Below are positions 23,598 through 33,687 of a stretch of DNA of 64,000 nucleotides, in pieces (within the stretch, counting starts at the first letter, position 1; every line of letters starts with the position of its first letter). The DNA lies in contig NW_027191501.1 in assembly GCF_011745625.1 (NCBI RefSeq), positions 1 through 64,000 of the forward strand. Direction: 5' to 3'. Below the pieces are notes generated by a model. The model was not told where the DNA came from, ran no database searches, and was given only the letters and a program-made list of their open reading frames with translations. This DNA is from Cladosporium halotolerans. Taxonomy: Eukaryota. A program made the position numbers and the translations under genes.

Positions 23598-23604
23598 TTT
23601 CCAT
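23545..23604 (-). promoter_or_regulatory. Out-of-frame uORF overlapping the NAG synthase start (MENDYLYVGVWKGKRVRGT*), arginine-attenuator-like
   Basis: ATG at 23604 (GGCATGG), 7 nt upstream of the main ATG at 23597, ends at TAA 23547-23545. The ORF is read directly; its function is inferred. Confidence 0.5.
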
Positions 23605-23674
23605 GCCTAGAGCGCGGGCGGATTCTCGTGGGTGAGTGGTGAAGTGAAGACAGAGCGAGGCGCCTCAGGAAGCC

Positions 23675-23680
23675 GAGTCA
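23675..23680 (-). promoter_or_regulatory. Possible Cpc1/Gcn4 site (TGACTC) in the ARG2-CYS4 divergent promoter
   Basis: TGACTC core about 80 bp upstream of an amino-acid biosynthesis gene. Confidence 0.35.
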
Positions 23681-24343
23681 CGCTAGGTGCAAAGAAACGC
23701 GGTGCACGGCGCAGGATGAGCCATTAATGCCCAGGGTCGGTGAGGGCGGGCGAGCGGTGCTGCAGACGACGCTGCGTGATTTTATCAGGGCGGTTAGTCA
23801 GAAGTCAGAGGCAGAGCAGAAACACTGCAGGGCTATGGAGGTGCGAATGCTGTATAAGGTACCTTCGGCGTCAGGCGCAAGCAGTAAACGCGGCTTGCAT
23901 GAGCGATAACTCGATAGGTGACACATCTTTGCGTGGGAATGCGACGCCTATCAATCGCCGGCATCGGCGGAGACGGCAACAAGGCCGTTTTGTGTCGCGC
24001 GCATCGGCCAGTCGCCCGTCTCTGCCCTACGCAGCCATCGTTATATAAAGAAACGGCGCTCCCGCAGATCTCACGGCGTCTCGAGTCCCACGCCTCGCTG
24101 CCTTCGGCCTAATAACCTCCATCAGAGTCTGAGGGCAGAAAATGCTGCTGCTTAGGCCGGGCGTGTTTTGCTTCGGCTAGTGCCGGCTGCCCTGACCAGA
24201 GACGCCGAATGGCGAGACAAAGCGCCGACAGCACGAATTCTCATGCCACCCAGGTAGGACCTCATCCCACTTCTGCCCTGCCCTCCCCTCCCCTCCTCTG
24301 CCCCTCCACACTCCCAGTCACACATCCGCAAACACCTCCCACC

Positions 24344-25078
24344 ATGTCCCACCTCTCGTCGCGCGCCCCGCGCCAGCCGCCGGCGGTCATGGACAGCATC
24401 CTGGAGAACATCGGCCAAACGCCTCTGGTCCGCCTAAACCGCATCCCGGAGTCGCTGGGCGTCGACTGCAAAATCTACGCCAAGTGCGAGTTCTTCAACG
24501 CCGGCGGCTCCGTCAAGGACCGCATCGCCCTGCGCATGGTCGAAGCCGCCGAGAAGGAGGGCCGCATCCGGCCCGGACACAGCGTGCTGATCGAGCCCAC
24601 GAGCGGCAACACGGGCATTGGCCTCGCCCTCGTCGGCGCCGTCAAGGGCTACCGCACCATCATCACCCTGCCGGAGAAGATGAGCAGCGAGAAGGTCTCC
24701 GTCCTGAAAGCCCTGGGCGCCGAGATCATCCGCACGCCGACCAGCGCCGCCTGGGACGCCCCGGAGAGCCACATTGGCGTCGCGCGCCGGCTGGAGAAGG
24801 AGATTCCCGGCGGCGTCATCCTGGACCAGTACGCGAACCCGAACAACCCGCTCGCGCACGAGATGGGAACCGCGGAGGAGATCTGCGAGCAAGTGTCGAA
24901 GGTCGAGGGCAAGTTCGCGGCGCTCGTGGCTGGCGCCGGCACCGGCGGCACCATCACTGGCCTCTCGCGCGGCATCCGCAAGCACCACGGAAAGGACGTC
25001 AAGATCGTCGCCGCAGACCCCATGGGCTCAATCCTGGCCGTGCCCGCCAGCCTGAACGACGAGGGCAAGGACAAGCCG

Positions 25079-25113
<35 letters not shown>

Positions 25114-26011
25114 GGACGTGCTGGCGCAGAACGAAGTCGACACGTGGTACAAGACCAACGACGTCGACAGCTTCTACTGGGCGCGCCGGCTGATCCGCGA
25201 GGAGGGCCTGCTGTGCGGCGGCTCCGCGGGTTCCGCCATGAGCGCCTGCGTGCAGGCCATCAAGGGCCTGAACCTCGGCAAGGGCGACGCGATCGTCGTC
25301 ATCCTCCCCGACAGCATCCGCTCGTACCTCTCCAAGTTCGTCGACGACGACTGGCTCGCCGCCAACGACCTCCTCCCGCCTTCTCCCCCTCTCACCGCCC
25401 CCGTCACCCCGGACCTGCAGCCCGCCGACGCCGCGGGCCAGGAGAAGAAACTCGCCGCCCCCAACGGCCACACCCCCACCAAGCAGCCCAAGAAGGGCGA
25501 CTACGCCAACCACACCGTGTCCGACCTGCGCCTCAAACCCATCCAGACAATCCCCCTCACGGCCTCCGTCGACGACGCCGTCGAGCTCATGCGCGACAAA
25601 GGCTTCGACCAGATCCCCGTCACGTCCTCGAAATCCACCCGCCTCGTCGGCATGGTCACGCTGGGCAACTGCCTGTCGTACCTCTCGTCCGGCCGCGTGC
25701 AGGTCTCCTCGCCCGTGTCCGAGGTCATGTTCAGCTTCTCGAAGCTCGACGAGGTCAAGCCGCTGGAGAAGTTCCCGGCGCTGACGGAGGGCGACGAGAG
25801 CAAGAGGCAGTTCGTCGAGGTCACGATGCGCACGCCGCTGGAGGTGCTGGCGCGGTTTTTCGAGTGGAATGCCGCGGCGGTCATCACGGAGAGGGACAGC
25901 GAGGGGGCGGGCGCGGGCGTTGGGGGTTTGAGGGCGGTCGCGGTTGCGACGAAGGTCGATTTGTTGACTTGGTTGGTTAGGCAGGGGAGGCTGCAGAGTG
26001 CGCAGAAGTAG
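24344..26011 (+). CDS. CYS4: Cystathionine beta-synthase, 555 aa, intronless
   Basis: PLP Lys motif NAGGSVKDRIA, EPTSGNTG, GAGTGGT and a C-terminal CBS domain pair (GFDQIPV). Confidence 0.96.
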
Positions 26012-26454
26012 AGGCTGTCGATGGTGGTGGGGTTTACGTTGGGTAATGAGCCAAGAGCAGCGCAGGGCATTCACGAGCATGGCGTTTTTTTCTTTTGTTT
26101 TTCATGGGTGGATGGGTAGGTATTGCATATGTGCATTTGGGGCGGAGGGCTCTCAACAACCCCTCCCTGGTCTGGGAATCCGTATAGACACGTTGATAGA
26201 TTTATTTTTTCTCCAGATTGCATCGAATCGAAAGTGGTCTGAGCGCAAAGCAAAGCGGATCTTACACTTCACTTCACTGCGCCCCGCTTCTTGGGTCTCA
26301 CGTGACTGGGCGCACAGACGCAGGCGGTGAAGCGGTGCCTGCCTCGCTGCCTGGCTTCCCGGTATCAGGTGTCCTGGATCACAGCTCTTGACTTCACAGT
26401 CCTTCTCTAGGCAAACTCCGATCTCTGCGCAACTATTCCCATTGCCAAATCATC

Positions 26455-27297
26455 ATGGGCGCCATGCCATCTGCGCCACAAATGCCGGGAGAGAGGCGGG
26501 CTGTCCCTCAATCCGGTCAGTCATCCATGCAGGACACCAAGAAAGACCTTCCCATCGAGCTCTGGATGCAGATCCTAGACATCGTCGCTGCGATTCCGGA
26601 TTCTCGCCTTCTCACTCGCCCTCACGTCGTCCTGGAGTACGAGGAGCACCTCACGACCATAGACCTCGGCTTCCGCGCTTCTAACACCGGCGAGCAAACT
26701 GATCATTACATCAAAACAGCGAAGGCTGAGCTCGGAGCAGCGATGATCATCCAGCGCCTCGAAAGGCGCTCCTGGCTCCTCACCCGTGCCTACTACCAGA
26801 TCAATACCCGCATCCGCGCCGCCGCCGTCAAGGTGCGCCTCTCGGGCCGCCTGCTGACCGCCAGCCGTCGGTTCATCTACACCGTCGACCACCAGCGCCG
26901 CGTGCGTCCCCGTTCCGTGGACCTAGCAAGCTGCTCCAAAACCGTCCCGCGCATGCCGCCATGTACGGTCTTCGAGCTCCCGCCCTGGCCTCTCAGCAGA
27001 AGCCGCGACGAGTACTTCAGGTCGTTCCGCCTGCTGTTTAAGTTTCTCGAGCCGTATGGCATCGACAACCGCAAGACGCTGCCGCCCTTCATAGGCACCG
27101 AGGTAGGCGAGGCTCTTTTCTTTCAGAGCGACGTCAAAATCTTGGTCCCTGGCATGCATTGGGAGGACTACCCCGGAGGGTGTCCGAGAGCCTACCGCGT
27201 CGCTCTTGCCTGCGATGTTGCGAGGATGCTTCGCGAGCTCTGGACTAGGCATGGAACGAGGTTTGCATGTGAGCACTGCACGGTCGAAGTGATCTAG
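26455..27297 (+). CDS. Split-F-box-like family protein, copy 3 (280 aa)
   Basis: LPIELWMQILDIV ... LERRSWLLTRAYYQINTRIRAAAVKVRLSGRLL. Confidence 0.8.
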   Translation: MGAMPSAPQMPGERRAVPQSGQSSMQDTKKDLPIELWMQILDIVAAIPDSRLLTRPHVVLEYEEHLTTIDLGFRASNTGEQTDHYIKTAKAELGAAMIIQRLERRSWLLTRAYYQINTRIRAAAVKVRLSGRLLTASRRFIYTVDHQRRVRPRSVDLASCSKTVPRMPPCTVFELPPWPLSRSRDEYFRSFRLLFKFLEPYGIDNRKTLPPFIGTEVGEALFFQSDVKILVPGMHWEDYPGGCPRAYRVALACDVARMLRELWTRHGTRFACEHCTVEVI

Positions 27298-27824
27298 GTC
27301 TGTGCAGTGCGATGAGCTGGAGGCTCATCATGTACCCTGCGGTAACCCCGCCGGCAGCGACATTGCGCGAAGGAGGCTTTTCTTTCATTTGGCTTGATAA
27401 GCAGGCAGTTGGCAACAGCTTCTGGGATGCAGGGTTTTTGCTGCAGGGAACTGTATTCGCAGCAGTATAGTAGTGTTGATAGCTTTATTGAGACCCGAGC
27501 TGAGCGAAAAGCAATGTTCATGCGCGCGGCGACGCAATCTGCTCTATGTATGCAGGGTCTTTCGCGGCTGAGGGCATCTTAAATTCCAGTCTCTAGGAAC
27601 CTTGAGTATCGTTCCTTTCGGAATCCAACCAAAAGCATCGTCGACACCCAGTCTACGTTCTGCTCAGACACAACACCGCCGTCGACTGCACTCGCAACTC
27701 CACCACGGCAATCGCAAAAAAATCACTGATTTTACCAACTACATCATTTATCGACAAACTCCGACGTCTCTGCAAACGCAGCCTGTCGATCATTTGGAAC
27801 GACGCCTCCGAGATCCCCTGCCAC

Positions 27825-28568
27825 ATGGACTTCCCGGTCGAGATCTGGATGCGCGTCTTCGAACTACTGGAGCCTGACGACTACATGGTGATCAGACACC
27901 GCGAACGTATGCTCAACAAGTACAACGAGGTTTTCGACGAGCATGACCGCCTCACCGCTGCAGAGGTGATGGGCAACGATCGTGAGGCGGCGGAAGTCGA
28001 AATGAATGCGGCCGGCGAGCTACCGATTTTCGAACGGCGCGCCTGGATACGTACCAGGATCTTTTACGAGATCAACCGCAACAGTCGGGCAGCGGCGCTC
28101 AAGAGTCGCCTGTCGTGGCGCCTGTTGAACAACTCCTGGAATCCACTTCAACTGACGCTCCAACCGGACTCGTTGCCCGACTCGCCGGTACTGACCAACA
28201 ATTGGACTCGAGACAGCAGCAGGCTTCGATCGTACGCGGTGATCGCGCTTGGTTCTTTCCTGGTCTTGGAGGAGCTCGAGCGCCAATTTTCCGAACCCGT
28301 CAATTATTTCCAGTACTTGATCGACCCTGGGAGCCACGGCGAAAAGTTCTGTTGTGTGGATACCACATCCAAACAGACCTACCCGCTCCGTGATATTCTC
28401 TTGGAGAGTGAGCATGTGGTAATCTTGTCGCCTTGCCGAGCTTCGGATGAAGGGGATTACCACCCGCACTGGTATCAACTATACGTCGTCGGGCTTATGA
28501 AAGGCGCGGTGAGGCAATTTTGGGCGGAGAAGGGGATTCGGTATCGGACTGTGGAGCTCTGGGAGTGA
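27825..28568 (+). CDS. Split-F-box-like family protein, copy 4 (247 aa)
   Basis: FPVEIWMRVFELL ... LPIFERRAWIRTRIFYEINRNSRAAALKSRLSWRLL ... VRQFWAEKG. Confidence 0.8.
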   Translation: MDFPVEIWMRVFELLEPDDYMVIRHRERMLNKYNEVFDEHDRLTAAEVMGNDREAAEVEMNAAGELPIFERRAWIRTRIFYEINRNSRAAALKSRLSWRLLNNSWNPLQLTLQPDSLPDSPVLTNNWTRDSSRLRSYAVIALGSFLVLEELERQFSEPVNYFQYLIDPGSHGEKFCCVDTTSKQTYPLRDILLESEHVVILSPCRASDEGDYHPHWYQLYVVGLMKGAVRQFWAEKGIRYRTVELWE

Positions 28569-29071
28569 AGCGTACACTCTGTCATGGATGGCGAGAATGA
28601 TGTGTGCGCTTGGTTGTGAGCATCTCTAAGCCCTGTGGCTGGTAGAGGGATTTGGCGAACGGAGCAGACTGCAATGTGAGGGACGGCGAGAGGGCTTGAG
28701 CTATGAAGTGGGAGAAATGGATCGATTGCCTACAGTCGCTCCCCCATCGGGACTACTGACAATGAGGAGCGAATACGGATGTCGAGAATGGTGTGCACGT
28801 TCTATAGACTATCAACATTAGAAGAAAAGTTGATTTCAGTTCACGCAGACGTGCACGGTCAGAGAAACTAATCTCGCTTTGCCTAAAGCCGTATTGGATT
28901 CCGAACCATTGAAGTCAGCGCTTTTCACCGTGTCTTCCTCCTTCCTTCCGCGAGTCACATGACGTCGACCGACGGCCTCACTCAACATCAGCTTCGTCAA
29001 TCACTACCTCGATTTTACCAACAACATCACAACCTGGTTTTAACAGTAACAATACGAGCTGCCGCACCGCA

Positions 29072-29842
29072 ATGCTCGCCAAAATGGATTTGCCAGTCGA
29101 GATCTGGATGTGCGTCTTCGAGTTACTGGAGCCTGACGACTACATGGTGGTGCGCGCTGAAGTCCTCTTGGAGTACATAAAAGTACACAACGAAGAGCAG
29201 ACACACGACGAGTGCATGATCCCAGCTGTCGAGAAAAAAGCGATGAGCAAGCTGCCAGCCTTCGAGCAGCGCACCTGGGTGAAGACCAGAGTTTACTATG
29301 CGATCAGTCAAAACAGCCGCGCTGCTGCTGTGAAGATGCGGCTGTCGAAACGCTTGCTGTTGAGCTCGTGGCGCGAATGGGATCTGTTCCTACACCCGAT
29401 GGACGAAGGCATGCACAAACGTGCCCTGAAAAACATGCCTACTCGAACCATCAACAGACTCCGCTCGTACGTTGCCATCCAACTCACTCACAAGTCGGCC
29501 AAGATGGACCTTCAGCAGGAGCTGAGAGGTTTCCCCGAGTACTTTACCAGGTACATAGACCCTGGCGCTTATAGCTTTCGACGGTCTCGCTGGACCATGT
29601 GGGAACCAAAGGCCCAAAAGTATGCATTCGTCGACCTTCTCATGGAAAGCGAGCACATTGTGCTTCTAGCACCTGAAGCACCCCCTAGGAACGAAAACGC
29701 GGATTGGTTCCCTCTGCGTCTCGCAACTCTCGCACAGGAAGTGGTGAGGCAGTTCTGGGCCGACAAAGGATTTCAAAATCGGACCGTCGAGGTCTTCGAT
29801 AATGTCACTGTGCCAGACGACTTTGACTATGCTTCTGAGTAA
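29072..29842 (+). CDS. Split-F-box-like family protein, copy 5 (256 aa; alternative start at 29084)
   Basis: LPVEIWMCVFELL ... LPAFEQRTWVKTRVYYAISQNSRAAAVKMRLSKRLL ... VRQFWADKG. Confidence 0.8.
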   Translation: MLAKMDLPVEIWMCVFELLEPDDYMVVRAEVLLEYIKVHNEEQTHDECMIPAVEKKAMSKLPAFEQRTWVKTRVYYAISQNSRAAAVKMRLSKRLLLSSWREWDLFLHPMDEGMHKRALKNMPTRTINRLRSYVAIQLTHKSAKMDLQQELRGFPEYFTRYIDPGAYSFRRSRWTMWEPKAQKYAFVDLLMESEHIVLLAPEAPPRNENADWFPLRLATLAQEVVRQFWADKGFQNRTVEVFDNVTVPDDFDYASE

Positions 29843-30151
29843 GGCTCCAAAGAATAAAGTCTGAGCAGAAGGAAACAACGTCAACGATTGCATCTGATAC
29901 TTGCGCCCTTCAGCAAGGCGATCATGGATGCTGGCGAGCAGCACAGATCGTTCGCCTTCGCTCGCCAGCGGGACAGCATGGGCGGATGACTTGAGAAGAA
30001 ACCGGAGGTGGGGACAAACTCTGCAATGCGTGCTTTTCGCTCGATGGAAAATGAATTGAGTGGGATGAGCCCCGAGGCGGATAGATAGGCGTGCCGAGAA
30101 GGGCTTTGCTGCAGTAAGTCTAGATACCAAGCTCCACAAACCGATTGCCTT

Positions 30152-30848
30152 TCACTGTGCCTTCTTCCCACGAACCACCTGACGTTGGCCTACAGCCTCA
30201 TTGAGCCTGCCGAGCATGTCTACCGCCATGAATACAGCTGCGATGAAAGTTAGCTCACTGACTCTGAGAGGCCGGGGTATGCATAGAGAGCAAAACATAC
30301 ACAAAGCCAGATACGGCACATAAAGCTTCCCCAGCTCGATCTTCTGCGCGCTCTGGAACTCGCTCCAGCTGAGATAGTCCGCAATGCATGTAGCCGTCGT
30401 GACAGCGGTTTGAACAGCGTACACTAGCAGGTGGACTGGCACTTTCGGGTCGTCTGTGAAGTCATCGTCAATATCTGATCAGCTCCTCCGGCATGAATGG
30501 GCACGTACTCCTAATCAACGCCCCAATAGCCCAGAAAGACAGCGGGACGTGGTAGATCAACTCCATGTACATGTACATGTTGAACCACGCAGGTGGCTGC
30601 GTGAAGAAGCGGTCCGCGTACGTCGTAATGTACCATTCTCGGAGCGTGGTGATGAACTGTGGCTTGTAGGCCGCTGGATATAGAGGTGCGAGGTCCACGC
30701 CTTTGGTAGTAGGTTAGTAATCTGGAGGGCTGTTGCGCTCGGAGAGACGCGTCAATGACTTACAGAACAGGACGGGGACGTGTATGATGAAGAAAACCAA
30801 GTATAGGAGGTCGCGTTTCCGCGAGAAGATGCTTGTTGGGTTCGCCAT
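30152..30848 (-). CDS. EXPERA-domain (TMEM97/sigma-2-like) ER membrane protein, 171 aa; exons 30848-30764, 30700-30509, 30453-30301, 30237-30152
   Basis: RKRDLLYLVFFIIH..VDL.PLYP, Y.DRFF..PPAWF..Y...ELIYH.P, four hydrophobic helices and a C-terminal KKAQ ER-retrieval motif. Three introns keep the frame. Confidence 0.85.
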
Positions 30849-31352
30849 CGTGTTGATCCTCTTCAAAATATGATCTTCGCACGAGACTTCAATGTTCTAG
30901 AGTGGCGTTTGTGTTCGAGCAATGCGACCAGCAAAAAGGGATGGCTTCACGGCGGCCTGAGGTTGGCTTCAGGGTTGGCTTCATCGGCCTGAGGATCTGC
31001 GTTCAGCCGCTAGCGCCCGAGGGCAGCTCAAGCGCTGTGATTGGTTGGTGAGGGTGCATATGCTCACCTACTCGAGACATCTTTCTAGTACTCCATGTAG
31101 CGCTCAAATAATTTGCACAGTCTTTTTCTATACGTTTAATGAAGTCAAAGGTAGTCGATGGCAACGCCTTGTTCAATAGATTTGGTATTATGAGAGTGAA
31201 TTAACGGCTTGAAGCCATACCGAAAGTCACCACCAAAAGCTTCATTGTGCAGTCTATCTTGCCGCCAGTTAATATCCTCCTTTGAAAAGCGAAAGGCATG
31301 ACCTTCCGGGGCCTGGCATTTCCAAGACAGGGATGAAGGCAACCTCCCCTTT

Positions 31353-31871
31353 TCAGACACCGTCCACTTTGTAAGACATATTCGTAATCCCAGCCGCAGC
31401 GTAATTGGAACACCCGGCGACCGGGCGCTCTCGAAGAATGGACGCAGGAGGCATTATGACCATCGGATCGCCACTGCAATCGTCGGAGTTGAAGAAAGCC
31501 AAGTCTATCGTGGCGGATATGTCAGTAAGAAGTAGGTCCTCTTTTAAAGGGAGCCGAAGAGTTCACTAACACTGGTCGGGGCCGTCCTCGTCCTCTGGAC
31601 GGACCATGAGCGACTGGTCATGACCCCAGTCGTAGAGGTCGTATTTCTGGAACATTAAGATGTCAGGGCTTGAATTGAAGTTTTAGATGGCTATTCTACA
31701 GCGTACCATACAGCCATGAGAATCAACCCTCTCAGGGAACACCAGTATCTCCGTGTCCGACACTCTGCTGCCGGTGATGGTGCACTTATCGCCGAGCCAG
31801 ATGTGGAAGCGAAACGCACTCGCAGTGGTAGCCGAAGAAAAGAAGGCAGCCAAAAGCCTAAAAGCATGCAT
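31353..31871 (-). CDS. Small secreted Cys-containing protein (candidate effector), 130 aa; exons 31871-31707, 31646-31571, 31504-31353
   Basis: Signal-peptide-like MHAFRLLAAFFSSATTASA. Introns GTACGC..CTGAC..CAG and GTTAGT..CTGAC..TAG join into one frame with 4 Cys. Confidence 0.75.
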
Positions 31872-32121
31872 GATTCAATATGCAAAGGAACGTTTTGGAA
31901 CCGTTCTGCGGGCCGCCTCGATGCGAACGTGTTTGCGGATGGTGAAGATCGGCGCGCAGGCGGGCAAGCTGGAGGTAAATGTAGGCGACCGATCAATTTC
32001 GATGGGGCGGCAGTTTGCATTCTTCATGACGGCATGAGCTGCCAGGATCGGTGCCGGCTGTCTGGTATACCTCCTGTCATCGTTCCGGCGGTGGGACACC
32101 GCGCTTCGAAGAGCCGCGGTG

Positions 32122-33462
32122 TTACAGTGTTCTTCTCGTTCGGGCTGGGCGGGGGTTCTCCGAATCTTGCTGCCCATCCCTTTCGGGCTTGCCCGGCCGC
32201 TTTCGCTTCTTCTGCTTGACTTGAGGCTTCTTGGCGGGCGCATGAGTCTTGGGCTCGGTCTTGCGCAGGCCTAGACGCTTGTCTGCTTCGTTGTAGCCAT
32301 AGTGGGAAACATCGACTTTCTCGTACCATGCGCGGTCCAGAGCCTTGCAAGTACTAAGCAAGCGCTTGCGTAGCTTTTTGAACTCAATATGCCGCTCAGG
32401 GATAGTTTCTGCCTTTTTCTCCAGATCATCGAATGGATCGGCTGCCAAATTCAGAATCTCGATGTGCGCAATATTCAAATCGTGGAAGTGGCCCCGGATG
32501 CGCGCACTCGCAAAGGCCTGGATTGTTGCGTCAAGCTCTGACACCGGATCTTTCGGCCGGGCGGACGGCGCTGAGCGCTCGCAGCCCTGTCCAAGTTGCG
32601 TAAATTCCTGTTGATCAGTCTCTGTCGTGAAATCGATCACTTCATCTCCGGTCAGGTCAACCATGACTTTCTTGCGTCCTCCCTGCGCGGCAGGATTGGA
32701 CTCAGGAGTGATCGGCGGTGTCATCATACTGCCAATCCCTCGATTTACATTCTTTGTCGAAGCGAGAGCTTCCAGCCCCTTCCTGAAATCATCGACGAAC
32801 GGCCTGAGAGCCCTGAAATACCTCCGAAAGGCCTCGTAATCCTTGACCTCCGCGTTGCTCCTGACAAGCTCCTCAACTGTGATAGCAATATCCTTCCACA
32901 CACCAGTATGGCCAGGAAACGTGATGCTGAACTTCCCGCCCCTTTCTCCAGCATTCAAGTTCCGGATTCTGCGTATCGGGTCGGTAAGAAAAGCCGTCAT
33001 GTGCATGCGAGAGAGCTCGCCGGGCTGGATGTACTTGTTTTCATGGATGACATCTTTCTTGATGCGGAAGCCTGCCCAGACATCTGCAGTGGTCATTTGG
33101 CGCTCGTTGGGATCGTTGGGCAGGATGATTGTGATGCGGATAGTCAAAGAGCGGAGGCGGTGGTCCGGTGGTATGCGATCGACGAAGGCGAATAGCACGT
33201 CTTGGACGGCGCAGACGGATACTGGGTCGTTGCCGGTGGAGATGTCGATTTCCAGGTCTCTCGTCATTTCCAAGGGGTCTAGGAAAGAGCTCTCGGCGAT
33301 GCCGTCTAGATAGAGCGTGTTTGCTGGGCGAGGGTTGCCGTTAACGATCTGGCGAAAGCTCAACCAGGCTCTCGAACCTTTGTCGCTCCAGCCACCGATA
33401 GATGCTTTGTATGAATGTGCTCTGTCGTTCAGCGCGTCTTGGACGCTGATTTGGTGAGCCAT
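32122..33462 (-). CDS. Hypothetical protein (446 aa) with a basic NLS-like C-terminus and SIM-like motifs
   Basis: Long ORF with AAAATGG start context and a TATA-like TTTATAA about 90 bp upstream. No family recognised. Confidence 0.7.
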   Translation of the reverse strand: MAHQISVQDALNDRAHSYKASIGGWSDKGSRAWLSFRQIVNGNPRPANTLYLDGIAESSFLDPLEMTRDLEIDISTGNDPVSVCAVQDVLFAFVDRIPPDHRLRSLTIRITIILPNDPNERQMTTADVWAGFRIKKDVIHENKYIQPGELSRMHMTAFLTDPIRRIRNLNAGERGGKFSITFPGHTGVWKDIAITVEELVRSNAEVKDYEAFRRYFRALRPFVDDFRKGLEALASTKNVNRGIGSMMTPPITPESNPAAQGGRKKVMVDLTGDEVIDFTTETDQQEFTQLGQGCERSAPSARPKDPVSELDATIQAFASARIRGHFHDLNIAHIEILNLAADPFDDLEKKAETIPERHIEFKKLRKRLLSTCKALDRAWYEKVDVSHYGYNEADKRLGLRKTEPKTHAPAKKPQVKQKKRKRPGKPERDGQQDSENPRPARTRRTL

Positions 33463-33687
33463 TTTGAGCGTCGTAATTCCTGGGACTTCTGGCGTCGTTT
33501 GACCAACCGGTGAGAGGCGGCTCTCTCTTCACGACATCGACCAAGATGCGCTTATAAAGCGGTACCATCTTTGTGAAGTGTTGCGCGCGCGCCGCGCGGC
33601 CGTTCAAATTCACTTTCGCCACGAAGCTGTGAAGCTGGCCGTCGCGACCACTTTGTCTTCCTTATTGGAGCAAGCGACGCTCGACAT

